NCBI GenBank assembly: GCA_002633005.1 | Contig: NMRA01000316.1 | Span: 451,382 to 515,381 of the forward strand | Origin: Phoronis australis | Lineage: Eukaryota > Animalia > Phoronida | Reading direction: 5' to 3' | Length of the DNA stretch: 64,000 nucleotides | Shown here: positions 1-13,141 of the stretch, piece by piece | Numbering within the stretch: position 1 is the stretch's first letter | Layout: the number at the start of each line of letters is the position of its first letter | Notes under the pieces: generated by a model | The model's database searches: none | Told to the model about the DNA's origin: nothing | The model's input: only the letters and a program-made list of their open reading frames with translations | Position numbers and translations under genes: made by a program

Positions 1-2648
1 GGGGGGGTTCAAGGGGTTTAAACCCCCCCCTTGGGCCAGGACCCAAAATTAAAAAAAAACAAACAAAAACGTCGTCACCAAAACAAAAACGACACCACCA
101 GCGTGTGTAAACCCCAAGTAAACCAACTTGGAAAAAAATGAGGGGGGGGGGTTCACTCTGAAAAAATAAATTTTTGAATTGCAAATTGCTGTTATGAAAA
201 TCAACGCATTTTGAGTCTTCGTGGATCATCGGCAAAACGCGCGGAGATCAATTGTGGGCGCGCTTCCGTCGACACTTCTGAAGTTGCCAAGCATTTTAGA
301 TGGATTCACCGCTGAAAGAGCAGCTCTATAGCTGATTTCTTTAGATAACTAGCTTCTTTACTCTAAGATATAATTTGATTTGATTAGGGGAAATACTGTG
401 GTGCCGCAACCCTGATATTCAGGCAAATTGACGTGCAACGTTTTTACCTCATCTGTCATTCCATTATACCCTACACGTTTGTAACTCGAATTTGACTGGT
501 GTATAGTAAAGTTGTCTTGCGCAATACATACAGTGTAGCCTACATGTACATGTAGTATTTTTGAAAAGAACTCGTTTTCCGAAGAATTACTATTGTCGCG
601 GGCGCCGTGGTCTGGTCGCGGAACCGTTTGAAGATGCACTCTAACAAGCTATGTCTATACAAAAAATGACCAAGGGGGCACTCACATTGACAAAGTGACC
701 GCATTCGCGAACAGTGTACAGTACCAGAAATTGCGGGGAGGCTGTATTTTTACAGCAAAGTCTTGAGGGACTCGTGCGATGTTCAATAGGCCTCCTAAGG
801 AGCTCTAGTTCCGACCTCAATACCTACCGTCTTTCTACCTGCAATAAGCACCACTGCTGTCTTCTATACTGGCAATTTCCGCAGAAATTCCCACCCGATG
901 AAACGCCCATGACCATGGGCATTTATTTGATGTTAGTACTTGGGGTTTCAAGCGTTCAGACATTGGGACGTTTATTCCGAAAATGGCAAGAGATGCAAAT
1001 AGGTCCTGGGATACATCGACTAGGTTTGAAGTAGTTCATGATGAACGGATCAAATTTAGTTGCGCATGTAAGTCTTTTGAATGGACTTGGCAACCTCAGG
1101 GGGTTTCATAGTGCCAATTGAGCTGCCAAACGACATTGTAGAGGCTTACAAGCTCATTGACACAGCAGTTGACGAAGTGCAAGCGTTGGGAACAAACATC
1201 AAAGATGCCTGGGTAGAATGGTTCCAAGACGAGCAAACCATTGGATCCCGCGATATACAGATTCCTCGGCAGTCCAGACAACAGCAGAATAGGACTAACG
1301 TTCCTGGATACATACCCACGTAATAAGATATAATTCTACACAGTTTGTACATAATGTCGGTTTTTATGCTTGTATACAATGAAAACGAAATAGAAATTAT
1401 TTTTGGTCATGCCAAATTTACCCAATACAGCAGAGGGTCTACGAGTGCACAAAAACTGATTCTGGTTTGTATTTCCACTTGGCTCTGTCTGCTTCATATC
1501 CAAAATTAATTTCACGTAGTGCGTAGTTAAATTTGTACTCAATACTTGTTTCTTCCAGTGAGTATTACAGAACGGTGCGAAAACCCTTCCTAGACAACCT
1601 CTCGCAGCAGTTGACGACCAAATGTATAAAATACACGTACATGTATGAGCAACCACTGGGAATTTAAAAGTGTCTAGAGAGAGGTTTTCAATTCAAAAGT
1701 TTTTGCATAGTACGCTTTAGGTCTCGCGAACTAGTCTGGTGATGTTTTTTTACCAAAGTGTGCTTTGTAAAACTATTCATCTCAGCCAGAACTGTTTGGT
1801 CCCGCGACAGATCGACTATTTTTCTAGGGATAATAAGCACAGGTGTACTTTTGGTCTCGTGATGGACCAGGCGTTTTTGTGTACTCTCAGTGTACATCTG
1901 GTCCCTCTGCGAACTGGTCCTGATTATCTTTTCACCACGATGTACAGAATGTTTTGGTTTCGTGAAACTGTTTTCATATGATTCGTTTCCAAATACATTT
2001 GACGTTTTTCAATTGTTGTCAACGTGATTCAGCTTAATAAAGTGATACTTAATTGTTTATTGTCGCTTTTAGTAATATACTATGTGTTGAGAGCACCATC
2101 GTTTGCCAGTTTTTCTCATAACGAGACAGAACACATGTTTATTTCGAGACTAACAGTACAGGTCTTTGTTCTTAAACAACTTGAGGCTGCTGTTACGCGA
2201 TCATCTGATATTCAATTTTTTACTCCCCGTCGGTGCTTCTTATGCTCTTGAATATTTGGTAGTTGGCTAAACCCACACACACACCACACCTTTTCATATA
2301 CGACTTTTCGCATGCTAAAAAGGTGTGTATAAGCAGATGTTCCAACAAAAATTTTTGCTGGTGGCGCGACTCATACCCAGATGTGCACAAATATGGTTTC
2401 ACGAAACTTATGAGCCACGTTCATGCGACGAAATCGAGAAGGATTTTAAATTATCTTAAGAAAAACTCAAGAGACATGTTAAGTGCCAGAAACTTACCAG
2501 GATGCATGGAAATTTCACTATTTGGCTACAAAAACAAAAAATTGTTTTACACGGAGGGGGGGAAACCCCCCCTCCCGACCCCCCCCCCTCTCGGCGCCAC
2601 GCGCCTAGGATTCGACCTTTGCGGGAATCCTAAACCCCCCCTTACTGA
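1..2648 (+). mobile_element. Decayed hAT-superfamily DNA transposon (left end outside the window)
   Basis: Ends in the TIR GTAGATCCGCCCCTG (~2648), the same family as the CAGGGGCGGATC MITEs. G/C-run subterminal sequence at 1-40 and 2550-2640. ORF 1081-1323 (DIVEAYKLID...WVEWF...IPRQSRQQQNRTNVP) resembles THAP12/P52rIPK-type hAT transposases. Confidence 0.55.
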
Positions 2649-2839
2649 AAACGTAGATCCGCCCCTGGGACAATTTCGTATGCGCATGAAATCCAAACAA
2701 AATGTTTTGTACCCTGGGGTTGCTTTCGGTATAGGTACACCACTCGGTGCATCTAATAACCGAAGTATCGTTAATTTTGCACGCAAAAATATAAAAATTA
2801 CACATGAATCCGAAATTTCAGTTATTTTCGGGGTAGTGA

Positions 2840-2938
2840 TCCTCCGGAGTAGTGATGAGTTGTGAACCCTCGAAGTATTGAACCTTTTGAATAGTGAACC
2901 TTAGGAGTAGTGAACCTTTGAAATAGTGGGCTGTTCCC
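2840..2938. repeat. ~16-bp tandem repeat (agtagtgaaccttcg-like), probably subterminal repeats of a DNA element
   Basis: Repeated (a/g)tagtgaacc(t/c)t units ending in gggctgttccc. Confidence 0.55.
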
Positions 2939-5041
2939 ATGTACTGTAAGCAACTTAAAGAACACGCAAAACTACAACCAGATAAAAATTTCCTCAAGTC
3001 ATTCTCCGACTAAATATCTCCGTCCGCGTATGTAATTAGGTGTAATCACTCATTTAAGTAAGCCTTATTTGAAAGGTTGACATGAGGTAAGGCGAGAACG
3101 TTCTCTTTCAGGACCACATTGCATCCGAATTTGAGTTCCATTTTTGCACACAGTGGTCACGGCATCCTCATCTCTGGTATTACGAATTCCGTCTCATCCC
3201 ACGAACATACATGTAGAGCTGAGCGTTATCGTTGTGTGTAGATTTCTTCATCAAGGGCCTCACCGGAAACTCCACAGTGTCGACTTTTGCAAAATATCAA
3301 AGGTCCACCGTTCTAGAAATTCGAACCACCCCCCCCCCCCATGCAATGCTGGCTACGGGCCTGAAACTGGAGAATTATCGAATCAGGTTGTATATGAATG
3401 TCATCAGGCTATACTGTAAATTAATTATTGCTCCTGCTGAATGGACTGTGGTTGGTTCGAGTGATGTAGTGGTTTGACCATCTAATTCAGTGATTTAAGC
3501 GCACAGTTCGAAGTTCCTACGTTTCGTGATTGTCAGATATCGTTGGGGTATATTAACACAAACATGGTCATTCAGAGAAAGATTAATTCAATTTTGAAAA
3601 TATTTATTACCAACAGTAAGACATCTTGAAAATTTTAAAAAGAGTGAAATGAAGAACAATCGCCATCTTTCAGAAAATTGTCATCAGCCTATTTATGCTG
3701 ACGTCTAACACAAGTAAATCACCATATACTTTAGAAAGACACTGTGAAGTGAAAATGCACAGAACTTTAAAGGGATATTACGAGTTTTACAGTGATGGGA
3801 TAAACTTCTTGAAGTTACCAGCATTGATCAGAGCTATAAAAAATTCGTTGTGTTTTTGTGATTTTATTGTTATGATTCAACAATTCTCGCTTTTGTTCCC
3901 AAGACGTTCGCTTGCACCAAGGTTCAAAACTGTTAAAATAATCGGCTATTCATTGGCTAAGCTTTACGCGTAGCTCCGCCAGCTGAGCGCTGAACTGCGT
4001 ACTCAGAGGCTACAGGTCCGATTCCTCGCTGAGACTATCAGAAAATCAGATACTGTCCCTTTTAAATAACTAGTTTTAAACAATCATGAATTTCAAGTTC
4101 AAATGCCAATAAAGCTAATACTATCACAGTTAATAAATAAACGCCTTCTCTGCACATCTAAATTACCAGAAATAAAATGGTACCAGTTACCACAAAACGC
4201 ATAGAAAGCTTAACAGTGGGTTTCTTTTTACATCACCAGAAGTTAGTACAGAATGACACCTCGGAAACTGACACCACACCGAGAAATCACTGGGTTGCAC
4301 ATACATGTACGTCACAGAGAACGGCAATCAATCAGTCTTTCCTGGTTCAAGGAAAAAATATTATTTTGTGAACCAGAATGTTTGTTTTGACTTTTGTGCC
4401 AGCTTCCAGACAACCACTTAAAAACATCTCTTGGATATGGCAGCATTGTTGAGAAAAAGTGTTTGGTGTTATTTTAGTAACTTTAATAACAAAATTAGGA
4501 TCAAACGACGCTTCAGGTGAAAATTGACACCAGTTGCATAGTAATGTAGAATGTGCTGAGAACTAGAAAATGAGATCATGTGAGTTTCCCTAATGGGCAC
4601 TGGAATGCATTGTGGTGAATTCTACATTTATAAGGTTTCGCCCGTTTGAATAAGGCATTAGGAAGGACACTCATTATAGTACGTTTTTTCTAAAACTTAC
4701 TTTTCCAACACTTACTTTTCCAAAAAGATTTAGAAAACAGGTGCAACAGTGGAGCAGCATATTCATCTCTTTCTCACCTATTACAGGTACTTCTCCTTTG
4801 ATCTGCTAATTTCCGTCTGATTATATTTTCCTTCCCCACTGTTTTCTTCTGTGCAAGTCACAAACACAGAGTGAAACCCTCTTTTGAAAAATAACAAGTT
4901 CGAAAATTTTCCCATTAACAAGGTGTTCAAAAAGATTTGTGCATCTTACCATAAAAAGTGTTCAAGCAGGAATAAATACCTTTCAACATAGACTCCCTGA
5001 ACTATTGATTATATAGATGTTCTAATTTTGTCAACAAGCAA

Positions 5042-6350
5042 AACAAGAGCAACGCTCCGCGCCCACAAATGCATCGCAAATGGTGTGTTTTTAGGGGGTT
5101 TTGTTTGAAATGGTCACTAGATGGCGCAAAATACGTCGAATCCGTCTGAAAACTAGGAAATGTTGTGGTTTCTTTAAAAGAAAGCCATTTAGCATATTTC
5201 ATTAAAATTCGTTGAGGAACCTCAGAGAAACAGAGGAAAACGAAGAAAAAAATGAAATTGCCACTAGGGGGGTGGGGCACAGTGTTCGTCGGATCCGTTT
5301 AAAAGTCGTCTTCTCTTGTTAATTTCATATAAATACACGTGCTAAATTTAATAAAGATCCTGCAGAGGGCTTAGGAGTGCAAAAGAAAAAAACGACACTA
5401 GGAGGCGCCACAGTACTCGAAGTCATCGGAAAATCATCACCAACTGTAACCTTCATAGAAAGAACATACATGCCAACTTTCACAATCATCCTTTGAGTGG
5501 TTTGGTTAACGGAGGGACAGACGCCAAAAAACAGACTCGAAAACAACAAAAATGGCCACTAGGTGGCGCAAACTACGAATCCATCCCAAAACGGGAGGAT
5601 AGCATCCTCTTACTAATAGATGTCTATGTGCCAAAGTGTATGGAAATCTGTTGAGGACCTTTGAAGATACAGAGATTAACGTAAAAAACTAAAACTGCCA
5701 CTAGAGGGCACACCGGTAAACCGATCTGTCCGAAAGTCCTTGTCGTCCGTTGTCAAGTTCATATAAATAAATTTGCTAAATTTAATGAAGATCCTGAAGA
5801 ATGTTTAGGAGATACTGCCATGGGCGCAAAAACAAACAAAACTGCCACTAGGAGGTGCCACAGTAGTCGAAGTAGTCGGAAAATCATTCTCAACTGTCCT
5901 CCTCATAGTAAGAATATACATGCCAATTTTCATAATCATCCTTATTAGTGGTTTGGTTGTTAGAGGGGTGGACGCAAAAAAACCGACTCAAAAACAGTAA
6001 ACATGGCCACTAGATTGCGCAAAATGCTTGAATCCATTTGGAAATGAGAGGATATCATCAACTCATTAGTAGATGCCTATGTACCAAAATTCATGAAAAT
6101 CGGTTGAGGACCTTTGATGATACAGAGGCAAACGTAAAAAAACTAAAATTGCCACTAGGGGGCACAGTTGTATTCGGGTCGGTCCGAAACTCGTCACCCT
6201 CTGTCATAAACCCGATAGGAACACTCTTGCCAAATTTCAATAAGATACTGCAAGAGGCTTAGGAGATACAGCCGCGGAGGCCGGACGCCAGATGACCAGA
6301 CAGAGATGACGTCAATATGCGACCACATATAAATATGTGGGCGCATAAAA
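5042..6350 (+). mobile_element. Non-autonomous Helentron/HINE-like element with internal ~147-bp tandem repeats
   Basis: 5' AACAAGAG..GCGCCCACA subterminal IR matches 3' TGTGGGCGC inside the terminal hairpin (tatgcgaccacatat-aa-atatgtgggcgcata), followed by an A-run. Eight diverged internal units carry CCACTAGRKGGCRC and aaattt(c/a)at motifs. Confidence 0.7.
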
Positions 6351-6600
6351 AGGCTGTCTGAAATAGAAGATCTATAAAAGACATGAAATTACCAATGCCT
6401 GAAATTTTAAAGCATACCTGTACTATTTGGTGTGTTTCAATTTTGATTTAAAATGCATACCTTAAACTGAAATGTGACCGAAAACATCGTTCACATCCCA
6501 CTTTTACTACAAAAAACAACCTCAAGTCTCAGTTTCTATGCGCAAAGTTTTAGTGATTGTCCAAAGCATCAGAATCTTCACCTTGTGTTTTGATTACAAT

Positions 6601-9600
6601 TTATATCAATGTCAGTTTTTGCCTTTCATAATCCAGCAGGTGGTTGTACCCCCATTCATCATACCAGCGGCACGAGCCGTGTTCGTACTCGTCACAGTGA
6701 ACCTTGGGCTGCAGTTGTTCACGCACTGGCAGTCTTGGCTCCTGGGGACGCTTTCCCAGAGAATAGAAGCTCTTGTAGTAAAACCTACACAGAAAAGGGT
6801 AATGGTCGGATATAACGTGCCCAAATTTTGAGAACCAGTTTTCTCCACTGAATAACGGGCATCAAACTGGTTCTCAAAGTACGGGCGCACTATATCCGAC
6901 TATTGCTGAGAAAAATATAATATGCAACTGAGTCAGTGACTGTATACCTGACCACAGTGAGTGTATGGGTTCCTAGCACAAGAGGTCGCTCTGGAAGTAT
7001 AGCTAGTCCTATTCATACAATGTAGTGAATGAGGTCAGCGTTGTATACATATTCATCACACGACAATCACAGGAATGGTTAGTTCTGACAAACGCGGTTA
7101 GGACACGTTCACTATATTTGCTGTTGCGAAGCCGATAATCGCAAAGTAAACTTTGCAGAAGCATACTACAGTAATAGATTCTCTACAGTTGTGTTTTGGT
7201 CACATTTCACTGAAATTGTGACCATATAGAGCAGCCTCATAAAATTTGTCCTGGAGTAGCAAACAACAGTTACGCACAGCAGTATATCAACCAAAATGGC
7301 CAGTGCAGTGCAATAGCTCAAATTTAAAAAATAATAAGTGTACAATTGAAACACTTGGCTCAAAATCCTATATAATACGTAAACAAAAAGTCTGATTTTA
7401 GTGGCAAGTACACTGCCTCAAACCTGGCAAGATACTCCATTTTTATAATGCCATGGAAATTACACCAAGCCTAAAAAATGGCATTTCAACTCACCAGCGC
7501 TGCAAGATGTATTTGTTCCCAATTTCTACCTTGGCAGCAGTGTGCACTGATAAAGGTTCGCACTCGCCATCAGAGTTCATGTTGTTCCAAACTAAGGCCC
7601 GGCCTTTTTTTGGTCGTACCCATATTCCCAGTTCTGATAAAAAATTACAAATAAATATCACATAAAATTTGTCGATTCTTATACCTAAGTAAGCACCCAT
7701 AAAAGTTTACAGTAGATCCACCAAGATTCAAGTTTGAGTTTCGTGAAACCTGTAGTGAGCTTTGAGCAATGAGCCTTAAAAGGCTTTAATTCATTTTATT
7801 TACAGCACCATCTGTTCTTATAAAAATTGAATCAAAGTCCCAGAAGAATTGTTTCAAGAACTGGTACTCAGTTACTAAGAGAACCATGTGTTGCTCAGTA
7901 ATTGCCAATGCGGCTAATTTCTCTAACACAAACTTGTTTTGTTTTTGATTTGTCAAGACATTACAGCTGAATATTATTCTAAAAGTAACAGAAAATGTAG
8001 AAACAGTTGGGTTACAAAATGAAATAGAATTTGAATTTAGATCGACACCTTTTCTGCTTTTTAAACATTGATGAGCCAGGTGAATGTCAGATATTTATTT
8101 TTTTCAGTGAATAATGGACAGGCTAAAACACTGAAAATTAATAGGGAACAAGTTTTTTGCAGAACAAATGCTAAACAGAATTTACTAAGTTTAAAACATG
8201 CCCTCAGTTATATAAAGCATGGGCATATCTTCAAGTTATCTGAGTGTTGATTCATCCACATAATTTTGGATCTGGATGTGTTATCAAATGCTAAGTAACA
8301 AATGAATACATTTATCTACATTTTGTTTATGCGCACTATTATAAAAAGCATTATTGCTCTGTTGCACATCGGGGTACACCTAAAAACAACTTGATGTGGT
8401 CTAGTTTAGCCCAGCAACGTGACAGCGGATATCAAATTTGATGACAAAATCATTAGCCCAAGTTGCCCGCAGGTCTGGAAAATTTGTAATTTTTAAGCAA
8501 ATTAGAACACCATCATCAGTAAACAGTGCAAAATGAACTGCTTGGTCAAAAATTGGAAGACTTATCGTAGCTAATACTACATTTAGGACCTGTGATGAAG
8601 CATTTTTGGCAAGAGCAAAACTTTGCAAGTGACATTAATTCTATTGGCTGAAAAATTAGCCAATGCGCTTCAAAATGAGGTGTTGAGTCTCAACGACAAA
8701 TGGTTCAGCATGATTGGAACACAAGCGCTTTCACGTTCGTGTTGTTAAAATTGATGCTTAAAAGACTCATTGAATCCTTACCAACAGAAGCAGCACCAAA
8801 GTGTGCCAGTAGTGAATTGCTTGGTAAGTGTTCCTAATTATTCAGACTCAACAACCACCATCATCAGTAACATCAATGAAACGTTTGAAAATTAAAAGGG
8901 TTCTACACACTCAGTTTAAATTATTTTGTAGATTTTTTTAAATTTCAACATTTTGCATATTGTTGCTTGCCTGCTAAAATCTGTCAGACATAATGGTGCT
9001 TACCGAATTAGTTTTACCAAGTTACTTGGCTATTAAACAGATGAAGCACTTTTGACAAAAATGTGAAATAAGTTGTTTTTACAATTCACGAGTACTTAGC
9101 AACACATAAATATTTTTGGGTGACTAAACACAGTTTAAAGACATTGTAAAATAGTTGTATATCCAAAAAAAATTGAAGATGTAGTCAAAATTTGTTTAAA
9201 CATTGAATTATCAGATAAATTATAATACTATATCCATGGCATTTTCAACACAAAATTACCTGGAAAAGCAGTTTCGCCACCTTTTTCCACAGTATCTAGA
9301 TAGACCAACATTGTAGCAAACCTGTCTCTCTTGTCAGCACTACCCACAATGCAGTCAGTATGGGAATTGTAGCCTGGAAAACAATTATCATTACCAGTCA
9401 TGAAAAGGCTAGGGAAGAACCCTGTCGATATAACCACACAACATGTAAAGCCAGCCACATCAATTAAAGTTGGGACATTTTATAGAATAGACATAAACAC
9501 ATTTTTTAAGAACGAAATACATCACCCTAAAAAGTCCTTACCTATTCCCAAAGGATATGACGTAATCTGAAACTTCCCGCCATTCTCTGGCACCAGACCA

Positions 9601-11776
9601 GTAGCGGCTTTAGCTCGCTGTTCATAAATACTGGAGAATTTGCTTTCTCCGGGATAGAATGAAGTACTGAGACTCCAGTTGGACTTGATCCACATTTTGA
9701 ACTGACTAGATAATGATGCATTCAGACAAGTTGTACCTGCAAAGATGAATTCAAAACACCGTCTGTAGTTACATGAAATGACAGCACAATTTATCACAAG
9801 CAACAATTTATAAGACTCGTCTGAGAGGGTGTACAAGGCTATGACGGGAAAATGTGTTGAAACCTACAACCAGACGATTGAGATCACATGCCTTCTTTAG
9901 AATATTATGCTGACAACCCGCAAACTTTAAGGAACCCCACGACAGAAACTCAAAACTTAAAATTGAAAATGTGCTACCAAAAACGACATCTGATCAACCT
10001 ACCTTCTGTGAAATCATTTACAGTGACTTTAACCTTGCTTTTCTTCGCTGCTTTAAGGTGCTTCCTTAGAGTGGTGATACTGTCAAAGCAGACGATAGGA
10101 TCTTGTTTGCTGACTTCTGTAACATGGCGGTCATGAGCCTTTCGGAGACCATCGCACTCAGCCTCTGAGAGAAACTCCTCATACATGTACACCCTGTTCA
10201 AAAAGTTGAAGATTTCAAGCAGTTGTAAACTGACTGATCCCATAAATTGAACAATAAACAAGACAGTGTGCATCCTGAAGAGATATCATTTCTTCAATAT
10301 GACTCCCATTACAACAAATCAGCACTGATCAGGGATCGAAATGACCAACAACAAAAAAGAGGAAAAGTTTCCAAGTGATGTATCATTCCACAAAAAATAA
10401 GCTTGTGAGATACAAATATTTTTTGTGATGTAAAATTAGACTGAAATAAACTTTTTGCATGAAGAAAATAATGACGAAAAGAGAGGAGAAAAAGAGGAAA
10501 CCATAAGAGGAAATCGAAACCAAAAAAGAGGAAATCCTGTTAAAAGACGAAAATTTCAAGCCCTGGCTGATATTGTGTTTATTTAGAGAAATCCAAAAAT
10601 ATGATTTGGACATCCCTTGTTCATACACTTGAAATTAAAAACCCCAATAACTAATTTTTGGACTTGCATGTATTCATAGTTGCTTTTGAGGGGGACTGTT
10701 TTGGCCTTGGAGGCTACGTCCCACGACAGTATCAGAATATTCTACATTTTGACATACGCAAACTGATATTTACTGTACATAAACACTGTTGCGTTAATGC
10801 ACGGCTGAGTATATTCTAGCGTTTCCACACTATATACCCCTATTTCCCTCTTTGTATTTTATACGCACAACTAAAAAGAAATTTAGAAAAAAATGCTGTT
10901 GGCCCGGTTTGTCCCTCGATGAAGCAGTGGACATTTTACGTTTGCAGCATCTAAGATCAATATGTCCCACCGTTTCATGTTGGAATGACGGTAACAGCAC
11001 TGTGATGCAGACTTGCACATTGCGGTTCGTGTGAAAAGTTAGTCGAACAGACAGAGAACTACAGATTACCTTACAGAACTGTTGTTCGGTTTTTGTGGCA
11101 GCAGCTCTATTGGTGGTAATCTTCTGCCATCAGCAAATATCTTCTTTGGAGTGAACTGCTTCTGGAATGTTGGCTTAAAGTCTCTAATTTCCTTAGGCAA
11201 GTTATTCTTTTCCTTCTTAGCCTCTTTTTTGTTCAAATGTTTGGATTGTTTCTTTGAGTCCTTTTCCTTACTGGAAGCAAGTTTTTGGTCGACATTTTCT
11301 TTGCGTTCAACAGTTGCTTTTCCATTGTCTGATGCCGTGCCCTCGTCAGAACCCAGATCTTTTTCGTAAGTACGTTCACTGCCTGTTACCTTCTCACGTT
11401 TAACATTCTGGGATTGATCTTGTGGATCAACAGTTTCTTCCTCTTCTATCAAGACGTCTCCAATACCAGCACCATTTACTTGAGAACTGTCCTTGTGTGG
11501 AAGACTCTGAGAAGACCTTTGAATCTCTTCTTGGCCATTTATCTCGTTGATTTCATCATGCACTTCTCTTTGACTAATAGGCAGGTGTTTCCCAAAATAT
11601 GAGAACAGGACTGAACCAGCAATAGCACTCAAAAGGCCAATTAAGATAACATATTTCAACTGAACAGACGCAGAACTAACTTCAGTAGAAGAGGCTATTT
11701 GTTTCTTGTTTTTGTTATCTTTCCTCGTCTCATTTGTTTTCTGTTTGTTTCGTTTCTGAGCTGACTTTGACATCAT
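6601..11776 (-). CDS. Membrane-anchored prolyl 4-hydroxylase alpha-like 2OG-Fe(II) oxygenase, 6 coding exons
   Basis: Exons (minus) 11776-11070, 10193-10003, 9736-9542, 9373-9260, 7633-7495 and 6784-6601 join in frame with GT-AG introns. The protein has a basic N-terminus, a TM helix (YVILIGLLSAIAGSVLFSYF), a charged linker, then the P4H motifs VYMYEEFLSEAECD, GYNSHTD (HxD), RFATMLVYLDTVEKGGETAFP, VRPKKGRALVW, SVHTA (distal His) and KYILQRW (2OG-binding Lys). TAA at 6603-6601. Confidence 0.88.
6797..6900 (-). repeat. ~100-bp palindromic element, copy 1 (last intron of the P4H-like gene)
   Basis: Arms gtcggatata..gccc..ttgagaaccagttt and aaactggttctcaaa..gggc..tatatccgac. Homologous to 16882-16976. 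Confidence 0.8.
8380..8900 (-). mobile_element. Degenerate LINE reverse-transcriptase fragment
   Basis: ORF 8401-8628 contains ALFTDDGVL...WANDFVIKFDIRCHV, matching the RT pattern LFADD...WA...KFN..KC.V. Confidence 0.55.
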
Positions 11777-13009
11777 AGGCAGCTGTACAGGTCAGAATGA
11801 CTTATACTGGCGTCTTTTTGTCACTGTTAGGTTCAAATCTGAATAAAAGACAACTTATGATAAACAGTCAAGAAAATAATCATTTCCTCCAAGAGTAGAG
11901 CAAATCTGGAAATAGACAAGAATTAAAGCAGGTACCCAGAAGTATCCAACAAAAGTTCCATTCCAATCACAGACAAGAATTTTCCAATAAACTGTGGTAA
12001 CCATTCATCTCAATATTGTGTTTTCATTTTCCATGGACTCTTCTAGGACACAATTTTCATTCTTCATGAGTTATTTTTCAAATTTTCATCTAAAAGCACT
12101 GACATTGACATTAAAGTTGAAATACACCAATGCCCTCAGCTACAAAAAAATGATTTAAGCCTCACACTGTTATAAAATCATTTTGTTCCCGACTCAAATT
12201 TATAATAATTTATTGGCTTGAGAATTAAGAGGCGCTTTAACAGATTTTTTAAATTTCTTCACACCTGTGATACAATAAGCTCATCATGACAGGGCACTAT
12301 ACGCACCGAGCAAGGTAGCAAGCAATAATGAACAGCCACTTCCTTCCGAGCACAGATGTCATTTCTCATCTGCATAAGGAACACATTAAGACCAGTTTCC
12401 TAGCAGCAAATGATGCAAATCAAAACTTATTTTTAACATATGGCAGATTTACAGTGCTTTAAAGACCAAGTGCTAATTAGATAATGGTCAAATTGCAAAT
12501 TTCAAAATGGGATACATTAACGGTGGTGACTCATCTGGATGGACCAACTATTTAACAATTCTATTCAGCCCAAAGAATTTCATAGCAAGTGTCAATTTTG
12601 CATTTTTTGCCCTTATTTTTCTTAGTTCAGCTTCGTTTTCACTGGGAGTGAAAGAGTCAAAAATACAAGTGAGTACAAAGTTTCTGTGCTCATCTGTAGT
12701 GGCTTGTGATGTGAAATGACTCAAAACTTTTCTTTATTTGCATGCAGTTTTTGACAGAGTGAAGAAAGGGTGAAGAGTCCATTGATGTAAGTTCTGATAG
12801 GCAAATCCCTGTGAGAACTGTTCAGTGCCTCCTAAACACTGGCTAAAATAAATTGACATATCCTGGAACAAAACTCATGATATCCATACAGTAATTTTTT
12901 GGCTTCTGTAATTGAATTTCTGGACAGGTGTAAAAAGTTTAAGTTAGCACCATTTATACAAATAAAAAATGCAATACCTTTTACTTAAGACAAAACAGAT
13001 GCGTTAGGC

Positions 13010-13141
13010 CATGGGCGGTGCACCATAGGGGGCTGGGGGGCTATAGCCCTTTACTTTTTTCAGTGTTGCGCTACCCATGGTCTATGGGAGGAACACCACG
13101 GGGGGGGGGGGGGGGGGGCNTTCAATGCTGCGCCGCCCATG
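13010..13141. mobile_element. MITE with CATGGGCGG TIRs and 5-bp TSD
   Basis: CATGGGCGGTGCA...TGCGCCGCCCATG, flanked by taggc/taggt. Contains an N at 13120, so it may be longer than assembled. Confidence 0.7.

Noticed and set aside
2263-2865. 200-aa ORF
   Set aside because: Non-ATG start; runs through the TIR and low-complexity end of a transposon; no recognisable motif.
3960-4035. tRNA-like sequence
   Set aside because: Degenerate A/B boxes and no closable cloverleaf; at most an old SINE head.
6612-6890. Listed 92-aa ORF as the last P4H exon
   Set aside because: Wrong frame; the spliced frame uses 6784-6601 (WFYYKSF...LTLI*).
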